DNA of 64,000 nt, from positions 248,001 through 312,000 of the forward strand of contig JAYWIR010000034.1 in assembly GCA_036172245.1 (NCBI GenBank), given 5' to 3'. The stretch is from Raillietiella orientalis. Taxonomy: Eukaryota. The notes under the pieces are model-generated. The model worked only from the letters and a program-made list of their open reading frames with translations. It was not told the origin of the DNA and did no database searches. Made by a program: the position numbers and the translations under genes. Positions 39,550-52,199 of the stretch are shown in pieces. The number at the start of each line of letters is the position of its first letter. The first letter of the stretch is position 1.

Positions 39550-42500
39550 AGAGAGAAACAAAATAAATAACAAAAAGATGGGAGGGTAAGGATAGGGGTC
39601 TTTGGCTTCAATCGTTCCTTTCTTTCTAGAAGCGCCTGCGTATGGTGACGATTTTCCTGATGGCTCCTTCTGGAAGATAAGGCCACCTTGCAGCCGTCCC
39701 CATCAAGGCAACTGTCATGCTGTGCCCCTCCCCCCTCCTGCTGCGAACGAGACTCCAACACATGGCGGGGAGGATGCAACAAATGGTTGAGATGAAAGCG
39801 CCTGTCTTCAGCCTGCCTTGAGTGACGAAGCGCCGCAGCAAGTCCGAAGCGGTTAGGTCCAGCTGTCGAAGGAGAGGAGAAGCAAGTCTCCTCCACGTGT
39901 CCTCCAGGATGCACTTCAATACAACAGGAGGTGCCGGAACGATCCCATCTCCCGGAGCCTGAAACAGTTGTATAGGTAGCTCCCCGAAAATCCGGTGCCT
40001 GTGCTGGTTGCACTGAGATCCCCAGTGTAGAAATAGCGGAACATCCTATTTCCAATGGAGCGGGGGAGTCTGCACACATGGAAGGGACTGTGAGTTCACA
40101 GCACGCAGGTCACTCCATTGAAGAACTCCCCTCTCTCGGAAACGAGGAGTGGAGTCGTCCACCAACTCGCTGGTTTTGCAGTCATCGAGAAGCCTCTCGA
40201 CTCCTGCCATGTTGTAGGGGGACTCGAAGCCCGCTTGCTGGTTGCTGTCGCCGTTTACCCTGAAGGCAGGCAGCGCTGCAGTAAGGAGCGTGACGGCCAT
40301 CGGGCATCCTTGTGTCCATTCCTGCAGGAGATCTCCCGGCGGATTGTGTAGGAGAGTCTGCAGAGGTCGTAGTTCCTCTGAGTGCACTTCCAAAGTGTCA
40401 ATCCAGACTCCAGAGTCTCCTGCCGCCAGGAGTTCCAGTTTTGGGGGCGGCAGGAGACGGGATCCGTGAGAAAGGAGGAGACGTTCGGCGACGTTTATGG
40501 GATTGGCGGAAGGGTTTTCCTTGTGAATTCCCAGAGAACTCTCCAAGGAATGCCGAAGACAAGAAGTGCTTGGAGACAGGAGATGTCTTCTCGACACGCA
40601 AAGTGCTTCTCGCATGTCTTTTTCAGGGATGCCGGAAGTGCTCGGGAACTCCAGCGACCCGCCTGCTGACGCGCGGAGGGTAGTTCAGAGTGCACTTCCT
40701 GAGCGCACAGTAGAACCGACGTAAAAATGGAACAAAAAGATCAGTAGAAGGCTGATACCCATACAGGACTCCTTTGAATCCTTGCTTTCCTGAGCATGTC
40801 TAATTGACCTGACTCTCAGCCTGCCTATTGAGTTCCTCCAGGCAATCTCAGGAGGAGCCGCAAATCCCAAATAGTCAAGGAAACAGCCCGGCATCCAGAG
40901 GATTTCGGGAAGCGTCCTTTTTTTGCCTCTCTTCCTAATCGTTCGACCGTTTCGACCCTCAGTGGACGAAGGACTGCTCGCAATGGCTGTGGAGTCCAGT
41001 TCTGGAAGAAGGTTCCTTGAGGGCAAGGCAAAAATACGGATATGCCGAGCTACTTGGTAGAGAAGGCCTCATGAGGCTTAGGACCTCATAGGCTTCAGGG
41101 AGTTTGGATCATCCTGATGATGTCGACATTGCTCATTGGATGCATCAGCCGCAGCTACAGCAAAACAGGCTATTCTCAAACCACTGCTGGAAAGAGCACT
41201 TCAGTTCCCAGATGAGTGCACTTCGAATTCGTCGAGTGGAGGATCTATCAGTTGGTCCGCAGGCCCACTGCTTGAGTGCATGCCCAATGCTGGAAGGAAC
41301 AACCTAGATGCTCTCCGCAAACTTTCCATTCCTCCCAATCAGATTCTCGAACGCACGACCCATTCCTCATCTGGAGAGTGCACACCTCGAGGGAATGCCT
41401 GTCTGATGGTTGCAGCACAAGCGCGGAAAAGAGTGATGAGTAAGCAGCTGGCATGAAGGACTAGTCTCGAAAAGTGTGGAGGACTGTGGACCAGCATGTG
41501 GAGCAGGATCGCAGTTTCCGGAGAATCTGGCTGGACGGTGGAAGAGAAAGCAACAAAGGGCAAAAGGAGGAAAATGCTTGGGAGAAGGATTCTCCAGGAT
41601 GCCTTATTGGTTGGACTGCTTGGCTTTCGGATCTCCCCCATGATGACGTAAAGGCTCGGAGATTTATCTCTTAGTCACGTGCCGCCAAATCGCCAGTCAA
41701 ATGTGACAAACCTTGGGCAGATCCCTTAGAGTCAAGATGCAGCTGAGCGGACCTGGTTCCTACGACACCAGGACACGGGTCTGAGCTTGCATTCCCGTCG
41801 AGAGGAGATGCAAGCGTCGTTTCTGAGGTCGCTCCCTATGGAGAGGCTCTGAAATGCCTACCGGTGTCTCTCTCCGTGCATTCTTCTGAAGAATGCAACT
41901 CCCCGTCAAGAAATACCTCGATCGTCCCACATGATCTCTCGAGAGGGCGAGTCTTGCTCCTCTTGTTGTGCAATTGCGTTTCCCCAGGAGGGTCACGAGC
42001 GGAAACCCTGCTGCTCACTTCACAGGGAACTGTCGGTGGTAAGAGCTGCTGGAAACGTGGAGGCGCCTGGAAAGTCCAACCTTCCCCCAAAACCGTGCCA
42101 TCAGCTTGGAGAAAGTATCCCTCGCCCAGACACTAGGGCTCCGTAAAGTTCAGTACGAGACGATTAAGACTCCACAAGTCCCTGTTGCATTTGTAGAATG
42201 AAGAGGACGTAGTGGCTTCCCTGCGATCCTACAGGTTGCCTGCAGGGAACCTGTCGGATCGCAGGGAAGGCCACTAAACCCATCGCTCCCGGAAAGCGTC
42301 TCAATTGGGGGGTGAAGCCATGCCCAAAGATCTCGCTCATTATCCGAAAGGTCGGCATCCCTAGCGAAAGCTTTGAGATCCTAGGCTTCCCAACCGATGT
42401 TCTTGTCCTTCCTCTAAGTTTTTTCTGCAGACCGCCATCATGATGATGCTCTGGGACCTTCGAAACGAGAGGCATCACCATGCCTCAGAGGGGGCACCCA

Positions 42501-42800
42501 CTGCAAAACCTCACGTGCTCTTCGAACGCGAAAGGGTGGCTTCAGGGGTGGAAGTGAGTCTCTGGAGCCCTCCAGTTTTCTGATTCTGATTCGCAGAACC
42601 TGCTTGGAAGAAATTCGTTGAAGGAGTGTTCACTCCTGCAGGCCTACTGACTGCACCTTCGCTAACGGTTTTCGGTCGCGTGAGCGCAAAGGTGATCGCC
42701 AAAATGGAGGAAGAATGCGGCTGCCATCTCGAGGAATCGTTTGTCGTCATCGCCATCGCGAGGCATCTCCATCTCATTCTTCATTTATGTATTGGCCCTC
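39550..42800 (-). mobile_element. Degenerate L1-like LINE with ttattt-type 3' tail
   Basis: FLTG near 41905; RRLHLL near 41805; HSPDE near 41370; FFQNWTPQPL near 40990; CMGISL near 40755; NCFR...SFRHLLL...TW near 39900-39970; tail at 39558-39575. Confidence 0.65.
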
Positions 42801-42949
42801 ACTCCACTCCATTCGCTTCACTCTGGTTCTGCCCTCAGAGAGTTCGGTCCCTTTTGTTTCAGGCCGGCACACGCGGGTCCTACCTAACTAAAAATTGCAT
42901 TTATTTATCTCAAATAAATGAGTAACTCAATCCCTGGGAGCTTCCATTT

Positions 42950-44585
42950 TCTGCTGGAAAATAAACATGGAATAGGAACTGCGTTCCCGGTGACACGCAG
43001 ACATCTCGGGAGGGAAATGCCGACATGCAGGTCAGCCGTGAGTGCACACTACATTTAGAGAAAGGTGAGGGCAAAACATTTGTGTGTGCATGTGGTGGAA
43101 GAGTGCGAAGAAATGAAGCTCACCAGTCCGTGGGCCGAATCTAGGGTAACTCAATTTAAGATGAGCGTGATCTCCTTCCTCACTTGCTTATTCAGAAGGA
43201 GCCAACTTCGCACTTCTAGAAGTATGGATGCTAAGGTGAGGGTAGCCCTTCTTGTTTCGCACCTCTTCCAGGTGCATCGCCATCATTTTTCAGCTGCACT
43301 TACTGTATCCGGGAAGAGAACCCGCCCTGGTTGGAGAATCGACCGAGCAGGCTTCTTGAATCTGCAAGTGACACAACGACGCCACCATCTTCCACGCAGC
43401 TGCAGCACCCCAAAGTCTACAATCATGTGATGGAATGGCACTGCTTCTTCACTCATGGAGCAGCTCAGATAGAGGCTCTTTCCGCTGGTGCTGGAGCGCT
43501 TCGACTCCGCGGCTCCTGCATGTGCTCTCTGCTTGAAGAACGCTCTAAATGCCTATTTCCATGGTTTAGTGTTTGTGCGGTGTGAGAAGTAGTGGTGTTG
43601 CAAGGGAAGAAATGCCCGAGAACATCGCTAACGACGGAAAAAGTAAGGTGAGAACTTCATCGCCCCTAGTTATTGGACAACAAGGGAGCGGATTCTGAAG
43701 GATAGCCTTCAACAAACTGGAGAACATGGAACAGGGTGGCAGCCTCAGCGATGCCAGCATATCTGGTCTACGCAACACAGGTATACCGACCGACGTTTCC
43801 GTACAAGATAGGTTTTTCCGATTTGGATCTTCTTTGGCTGCGCTCTCTTTCGCAGAAGAGCTGCACATCCTGAACGCCTAAGTGAGCTGGAAGGTCTCTC
43901 GGTGGTCAGTGCGGTTCCAGGTCGCTGAGCTCATTTGCAAGGATGCAGGACTTGCTCGATGACTCTGGAATATCTCCATCAGAGCAGAAGGCTCCTTCTA
44001 GTCACGGCGCGGGCCATTCGATGGTGGTCCACCTAAACGGACAATGACTGCGGGTGGGCAAAAGAGGAATCCTCCTCCTGCTACGTTGGGGTCTCCTGTG
44101 CAACGCCCGCAGACACCACTGCGATAGGGGGAGGAGAGGGGTGAACCTAAATTGCATTGGGTGCGGGGAACATGAATCTCTCCCGCACCTGATTGTGAAT
44201 TGTGCTGCCCTGAGACCATTATGGGAACGTTTTGCGACGACCCTCAATATCACGAGTGGCAACCCTATGGACGCTATAAGACCCTTTGTCGTATGTGACG
44301 CTTTTCGGCCAGCAGCCTCGCTAGCAACTCTCTGCCGCCTACGTGGGATCGTATGGAGTGCGGCCCAGAGCGACGCAAGAGGAGGACCGAAGGACAGGAT
44401 GCCATCCACTTTGCCATCCGCTTCATGAGGATGGCAACGATATTGCACCACCTAGACAGTATGCAGCAAGAACTTGCCAGCATCCTCGAAAGGATGCAGA
44501 GGACCACCCCAGCAGGACGTGATCCCTTACCTCACCATCCCAAGTTTACTTATTTATTTCTTTATTTATTTTTTATTTTTGTTTG
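42950..44585 (+). mobile_element. L1-like 3' half with zf-RVT-type finger and (TTTA)n-like tail
   Basis: LRWGLLCNARR...NCIGCGEHESLPHLIVNCAALRPLW in ORF 44054..44428; tail tttacttatttatttctttatttattttttattttt at about 44545-44580. Confidence 0.8.
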
Positions 44586-44599
44586 TCCCCTTCTCTCTG

Positions 44600-47500
44600 C
44601 TCCCATGGCGGACCTCACCAACCTGCGTACCGTCAACCCGTCAGGTTCCATTTAAAACAGACACGGTTGGACCACAAATTCTGTTGCAAAGATTGTAGAT
44701 GTATATTCTAATAACTAAACGCCCCGGCGCACCCGGTTGAAAATCCTAGTCACGGCGGACCATTCGATGGTGATCCACTTAATCACACTAAGGCTGCGGA
44801 TGGACGAAAGAGAAGTCCTCTGCCAGCTATCCGAGTGCGCGTCGGTGCATGCCATCTGGCTCAAGCCAAACCCGTCCCCCCAGGATTCGAGGGATCCTTT
44901 AGCGACCTGGCAGCAGCAGAGTGTGTCACCGTGCGCGACGGGAAGCAGCTTCCTAAACCCCTCTTGACTGCAAACGGATGCAGAATGTGTCGACCTATGG
45001 TTTCTTTGGAAACCATAAGTCGACGCTGTTGCAATATCACGGGATACCCGAAGGGAAAGTGTCTCGAGATTCAATGAGAGAGCTGTTGGGACGCTGCGAG
45101 CGGCTGGGACACCTGCAACCGGTGAGCCCGACAAAGAGTAGCCGATTTCTTTCCGCTGCGGAAAGGAAGAGAAGGAAAACAAGCACGGAACAGTCAGCAG
45201 GAGACGGCGGACGGATCAGTGAACGGGATGTGGTTCCACCGGCACGAATCGCGCCAGCAACACCTCGGCTGAGGAAAGCAAAGCAAGTGCCCAGGACCCA
45301 GGATGGCTCCTAGTTTCATCAACAAGAAAAAAAAAAAGGAAGAAAGGAAAGTCAACGCCATACGACGAGGGAGCATCGGAGGAGCGGGCCAGATCGTGCT
45401 AAGTAACTCTCGAGCGCGTCACAGAGATCGTCAGAGCAGTCGCAAACGTTGTCAACGCGACGATCGATCCGGCGATCCACGGCGCGACCGCTACCGCGAA
45501 ACGCGGCAACGACGTTCCTGAGCTATCCAAGGTCAGCCACGAGCTGGCGACACCGGAGTAGTTGTCCGAGAAGGCTAAAAGCAAAAGGACCTTGCGAAGA
45601 CCAGCAAGGGAATCCCGCCAGAAGATCTCAGACTCCGAGTTGGAGCAGGAAACTCCGTCGAGGGATCCCACAGCACGAGGGTCCGTAAGACCAAAGCCCG
45701 GAGGCGGCATGCATCCCAGCGAAAGGGGCAAGCGCCAGCATCCAACAGGGAGGCGGTGTCCGTGAGATCCTGCAGCGCTTCCGTGGGAAGGCGTCCCAAG
45801 ATTCCGATCGTGCAGGACCCTTGCAGTGAGAGAAGGAGGAACAAAACTCCTAGACCGCTCTCTTCCAACAAGGGAGACGCTTCAGCGCGAAGCGGGAGCC
45901 ACGGTGCACGCCGCCCAGCAGCATTGCGGGGAGCTGCCTCTTCTGCCGATCACAAACTGCCGTTTGGAACGTCAGTGGAATTGGCAGCGATGCGAAAAGG
46001 TGAGCCACAACGCGGCTCCGAGCCACTTCGACCTTGCCCTCCTCCAAGAAGCCCACGGGATTCGCTCTGAGGAGGTGACGGAGATCGAGGCGTACGCCCA
46101 GAATAAGCTGCCCGGGAGCTGTGGCTCCGCGCGCACGCGCACCTCGCGAATGCCACGCGCGGCGGCGTCCGTCTTGACGACGTCGGCCGAGCGGGTCGAC
46201 TTGCGCTCAGGTGGTTCGACGCGATCCACCTCGTCCTGACGAACGTCCACGAGCCACAACGTTCACACCAAATGAACTCGAGTCTCTGGTGTAATCGGGA
46301 GCCAAGGACTAAGCAACGCGGGTTCCGGCGTGGTACATCGGGCAGTAGGGGATTTCCGCTTCTGTCTGCTGTCGAATGACACCCGTTGGCAAGGCCATCG
46401 AGGACAGGTCACGGTCAGTGCACGCGATGCACTTGCTCACCGATGAGCCTGGAACGCAAGACTCGGTCGACCACGTCTGCCTCGACGATCACCCGTGTTC
46501 ACCGATGGACAGAAGGGGCAGAAAAAGATTGACCTCCCCAGGCATTACCAGATCCAGCCGGAGCTGCATGTGCCTAAGAAGGGATCCCCAATGATTGAGT
46601 GGAGGCAACCGGGGGATTGGCCAAGGCAGGTCCTCCTGACGGGACGGAGCACCGGAAGAGGATCCTCGGCCATCCGTAAGCTGCGGAGCATCTCCTGCTT
46701 TCTCTGTGGCTTAGCATTCATTCATCTACAGGACCAACATCACTTCAAGGACTCGGTCCGACAGCTTTGCGTCCGCCGCATCTTCCGCCCCAAGGCATCG
46801 CTGAAGGCGTTGGGAACGACCGTGCTTTTTTTGAAGGCGCGAACCCGTTCCAGATGTCTGGATGCACGCAGGTTGGCCGGATACAAGGCCAGGGTAGTAC
46901 GACGGGTTCGGCAGTCCGGGAAAGGCCATTTGCAAGACGAGCGGAGCCTGGATCGTTCGGTTCCAGCAGAGGCAAAGAAGAAAATCGACCGCTGCACTCA
47001 AGGGTACGAGCAGAGCGGTTGCTTCCAGAGGGCGCGTCCGCGTCAGGCTAGGAGGAGGGCGAGCGCCTGGAGGGGAGTCCTTTTTGGATGGCAAGGATCG
47101 ACGCTGCCGCTGCCGAGAAACTCAAAAAGGGAGGAGGTTCAGGAGAGGGTGCACTTCCGGCGGAATGGGTCCCGGTTTTCGCCGCCGAGTTGCGTCTCTT
47201 GGTGCAGAGGCTTATCGTGCTGATTCCGAAAGCGTCGGGAGAGGAAGCAGGTACCTGTCTGCCTCCTTCTAGCCAGCTCAAGTCAGTCGCCTCCTAAAAG
47301 CAGAAGGAAACGCACGATCAACAGGCGCCCGACCACCTTACTCGGATGTGAAGCTGCTCTCGATGCGGGAGACCTTGTGCCTGGGGCGGACTGCAAACCC
47401 GTCATCAGTCTTGGAAGCAGTGCTATTCTGTCCCTGGCGGGAGCATAGAAAGCAACCTGTTCTTTGCGCTGACCTGGTTTCGGCAGCAGAAGAGGGTCAC

Positions 47501-49440
47501 GGCCGATTGCCAAAAGGCTAGATAGAAGAGCCCAAGGAGTCACCAGGCCAGCGTGGAATCGCATGTGGTCTGGATGATCGCAGTCCATCTCGGAAAAACG
47601 TTCAACCGAATGAAGCAGGAGACTCTTTCTGGAGCTCCTAGAATGCTTTGGCCTCCCGCAAACTCTTCTCTCCTACCTGCGCTCGTTGAAGCGCGATGCG
47701 CTCTTGCAGCTTGAGCTCTCTGGTGTTCATTATCTTCGAGTTGGTGCAGGACGCTAACACGAAAATCCTGGTGACTCTGCCATCCTCCAATACTTGTATG
47801 CCCACGGCCTTCCTTTCCTTTTCCCCATGTCAACGTCAGCAGGGTCGACCGTGGAATTTTTCAAGTTCTTACACCGGAGCGCGAAAACGAGAACGAAGTG
47901 GATGGAGTAGAAGGTCGTTCCTGTGGATGCAGCGGAGGCAGGGCAGCCGGACTAAATCTGCTTAGAAATCGAATCGGGCAGCACCAGGGAGTGCCCTTAG
48001 GAGACTTCCATCCTGCAGAGGTTTAGTCAGGTTGACCTCAGAAGACAGAAATGGAGCTGGATCCGTCCGAAGATGGCGCGTTTCGCTTGTCGAAATCGTT
48101 CACAATTGGGGAAATTTTCGTTATCCCCTTCTCTGACTCCTTTTTTTTGTTTCGCTCCCACCACACGAGGTGAAGCTCAAGACAGATGGCTTCCTTCGGA
48201 AAGCATTGTGGGGTACCGCAAGGTCGAAGGTTCGCCTCAAAGACTTCGTTGCACCAGGAAGGGACTCTGGACGCTTGGCATCTTGACGTTAAAAAAGGAG
48301 ATGGAGCTACAGCTGCAGTTTAGATTTATGGCCTTGATGTCCGGGAACTAGATACAGCATTGGTGTCTGCCTTCGCGCGAGATCCTGGGGCGTGCGGTCG
48401 GTCGCAAACGTTGTCGGCGTCGTTTCTACCACACAACCGAGACCGCATGACGGCGCCTGGGTTCCCGCTGGGGCAGATCTCTTCCCTACGGGAAAAACAG
48501 CAGTGGATTTCCTGCCTCCCCGCAAAATTCAAAGCTTGGCGGCAGGAGGCAGCGGGCGTGGATGAATACTCATCATGGGCACAGACTTCACTCCTTGATA
48601 CATCCCGTCTCATCCACAAGTCGGGAGCAATCTCCTCAGAGAAGATTGATCAGAGGAAGTGAGCCCAGACCACTGACACTTCCACACTTTCAGACACGGC
48701 GCTGTCCCCCGTACGGGAGAGAAACGACAGCTGTCAACCGGCAGGGTGAGGAAACCTTGTGCTGGAGGAGGAACCACGAACTTGGTGAGGCCGTGGATGA
48801 CGGGCCAGCTGGATGACGCGGCGACTCTCAGAACGTGGGCTGAGAGACTGCTCCACTGGGCGGAGTACCTGGACACTTTGCCGTCGGAGACTGTGACCCC
48901 TCCCCTCCATCCAGACAGCTTCGTGCTTCCCTAAGATGGCAGCACGAAGAGGCGTTGCTGTTCGTGCGTTGGCGTATTCCGTTCAACCAGCGGCGCCATC
49001 GCCGAGCGGAGGGGACACATCTCCCCGAACTGCGCTAGCTGCGGGAGGCGGAAACTTCCGCGCGCATGTTGTTGGGATGCGGTGACCTTCGGAGCGTGCG
49101 GAAGCGCCTCGCGGCTGCTCCGCTTCGACCCGCAGGCACCTCGGAAGAGCCGCTGTGGCGCTGCTTCAAGCGAAATGGGCTTGCGCCTGTTTCCCCGGTC
49201 ACTCGATCCCGTGTTGCTCCGGGAGGATCGTGTAGTCCCGGAACGCCGAGAAGGAGCATCAGTAGGGAAGAAGGACCGCGAGTCTCACCTCTGCAGCGAA
49301 GAGGAAAGTGGCAAAATGACCACTTCCTAATAACAAGGTCAAGGAGGACGCCGCCTGCACCGCACTCAGGTTTCAGAAGACGTGGTGGGTATGGCCGATG
49401 ACCCCTTCCTTTCCTCCCTTCATTTATTTATTTATTTATC
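44600..49440 (+). mobile_element. Least-eroded L1-like LINE (ORF1 and ORF2), inactive
   Basis: ATG near 44605; RRCCNITGYPKGKC knuckle near 45020-45062; GALPAEW...IVLIPK in 47088..47297; SLSSLVFIIFEL; LYAHG (YADD) at 47794-47808; HQGVPL near 47985; PNC...AETSARMLLGC near 49025-49080; atttatttatttattt tail near 49422-49437. Confidence 0.82.
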
Positions 49441-49449
49441 TTCCCTCCC

Positions 49450-50430
49450 TCGAACCCCACTTGTCCTTCTGGCTGGTTTCCTCCCTCCCCTCTTGATATT
49501 CTCAGAGAGTCTCGTGAATTCCCCAGTTCAACTACTGGTTCCTTCTTCTTCCTTTGGAAGAAAACAGACGCCTGGCCTCACCAAGTGACCGTGGTGACGG
49601 TGTGCCTTGCAGGGGCGACTTCCGAGCGAAAGCAGCATCTCCGAGCGTTGACGTCTGGAGAAAACAAGGGGACTGTTTGCGCCTAGTGGGATCCTCACTA
49701 TGTACAAGCCTCAGGGAGGCAGAGTTCTAGCCCGCCGGAATAGCTCTTGGATGAGGACCCTGGATGCTGCCGTGGAAACTGGTCTGCCAATCAACCTCTC
49801 AGGAGTTTTCTCAATCGAGCAACCCTCTCCAAACTCCCACCCTGACAACGCTGCGCCTAGGGATGCGACTGCCTGCTGAGACTGGCGGCCTAGGAAGATG
49901 CAGAGGTGGAAAGCGCACGAGAATTGCATCCATGTTGGAGGGTCCACGAAAACTGACGACGGCAAGGCTTCCCTCGATCTTCACGCCTCGATCAGTCGCT
50001 ACACGTCTTCGGATACAGATAGGTGACTACGCGGAAGGAGAACGCTTAGAGGCTAGCTCGTGAAGCGACCTAGGAAACGAGGAAGACTGCTTCTCTTCTC
50101 TAGAGATTGGTATCGGCAGCTACTGATGACTAGAAGGGCTGCATGTGTCACCAAAGCGTCGCGACCACTCAGGGAGAACGAGCGTTAGATGGCAGTCTGA
50201 AAAGCAGGGTCCGGGGATCGGGAGGAGAAGAGAGGGGAAAAAGGAAAGCCGAATCCCTACATCTCGATTTCAACAAACTGCAAAAAGCTAAAATTTTCCA
50301 CGCTGCTTGCATCTGCGCCAACACGCTGTGGAGAATCGCTTGTCGTTGCCAACCCATGCAGGGCCCATCCCGCGGGATCTTACGTGCTTTTCTGATGGAA
50401 GAGCAAAGCAGCTTGCACTTAATTAATTAA
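49450..50430 (+). mobile_element. Heavily deleted L1-like relic
   Basis: VTVCLAG (cf. VSVCLYLG at 35140), RIASM, IGDY, LHLDFNK and MQGP in L1 order within 1 kb. Confidence 0.5.
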
Positions 50431-50809
50431 TAAAAAACTTTAATCTCTTCGTCTGCGTCTTAGTTTCTTGCGGATAATTCACTGCGTTTCTCCACTCGCG
50501 ATCTTCAGGGGAGCTGCCGCTGCTGAGCAGCTGGCAACGCTTTGCTGAATCCCCCATCAATCAGCTCCCCGCTCGGATTTCTCTCCCTAGATGGCCCCGT
50601 AAATTTTACTTAAGAGGTTCCCTTATGGTAGAAACACCACCTGGGTAATCAGACGATTCTGAGCATCTCTTGTGACAGTGGACGCTCTCTTCCGGATCAC
50701 GTTCGCGCGACTCGAGAAGTCTTCCAGTTGCCGTCTGCTCGTCGAAGCGATGGACGCCGGTCAGGCGCATCCACTTTCCGGGTTTTGTCTTTCTTTCGTG
50801 GTTTGCAGA

Positions 50810-51350
50810 GTGCTGGAGGACCGTCTGCCTACTTAGGGGGCGCTCAAGGAGTTCTTTGACACTGGTCCACGCCACTCGAGAGTGCGTGCAGTAACTCTTC
50901 AAGTTAGGGTGCACTCGGAAAGGCACGAACCTATGAATTTAGGAAGACTTCGGATGAAAGAGTCCGTTCCTCTCACTCTTGGTAGGGGAACCCCCGCACT
51001 GGTTGTCTCCGAAGGGAACTCTGAAGGAAATTCCTTGTTCTCTCCGGAAGAGTCCCAGGAGGGCATTGCTTGATCGTTTCTTCTCCGAAGGGAACTCGGA
51101 AAGGATCCTCTGTTTCCTCCTCCGAAGAGAACCCCGAAGGGACGCTCCGAAAATTTCTCTGAAGGGTCGGTTGCTCCCGATGGGAGTAACGCACCTCACG
51201 CTCGTAAGTGGTATGAATCCGTCAGCTCCATGGTACTAAATGAAGGAAATCCCCCCCCGGAAGGGGGAACGGCTTTATTTGCACAACCGGAGGGGGACCC
51301 AGAAGAGAACCGGCTCCTTGACTCCTGGAAGGCCCCGTAGGGTCAAATTC
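50810..51350 (-). repeat. Second, inverted copy of the repeat at 1-342, with subrepeats
   Basis: tctccgaagggaactc at about 51007 and 51083 and tccgaagagaaccccga at 51121; reverse complement aligns with 1-342. Confidence 0.85.
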
Positions 51351-52199
51351 CAATCCCGGCCACTCAACAGGGTTTCTAGCTTTTACCAGTGTCGCTGCAC
51401 TCAAAGTCCTACAGGTCAACCAGCTTCATCCTGCGGGGGGAATCCGAAGCCACGACATACCCATTCCTCTGGTGTTGCTCCTTCACGTGGGGAGTCGAAC
51501 CCGCAACTCATGGTACCACGCGCGGACACGTCGCAAAGTCCGCTTTTCAAAGTCACTGGAGGGACCTGCTGACAGCCAATTTTTGGCTAATGGACGGGCA
51601 TTCTGCTTTGCTCCAGAGTGAGTTGTGACCAGTGGGAAACGAAATAGACACTGCTGTGAGTGCAGACTGCTCAGAGACTTTGAAGATAAACACAGCACTC
51701 TCGCCTGGATTCAAATTCTTCCAGTTAGCAGGGAGAGCCTAAAGAAAAATGAACCACAGTGTCACATACAAACAAAAAAAAAAGATCGAAGAAGAGCAAA
51801 ATCACTCCTGCGCACTTAATTTCGGAGCTCTGCAAGAAGGATGAAGACATGAAGATCGAGCACAGGAATCACCAGGGATTACTCTCCCTTCTCGGAATAG
51901 GGGAGCATGAGTTCAGCTTGAGTTCCCATGCAGATGGTTCTGTCTTCTTCCTCTCACTGAACGAAGTAGTTGGCCCGTTTGGGTTTCAGTCTGAGTAGTC
52001 CTCGTCCTCTGACTTTTTCTTCTTTTTCTTTTTCTTCTCTTTTCTTCTTTTTTTTCTGCGCACCTCTGCAATACTCTTGAGAAAGAGGTTAGGACCGAGC
52101 GTTTCCAGCAGCCAAAGACATTGCAAAGTACCATAGTAATGGCAATCCTCACATCTTCTTGATGATGCTTTCCCTCCTTTTTTGTGCGCAACTGTGGCT

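Noticed and set aside
46495..47223. 242-aa ORF and many overlapping ORFs at 34-50 kb
   Set aside because: They lie within GC-rich decayed L1 sequence and are frame-hopping or antisense shadows.
51480..51560. tRNA gene on the minus strand (gcgggttcgactcccc)
   Set aside because: Only a T-arm-like motif; no acceptor stem or D arm could be formed.
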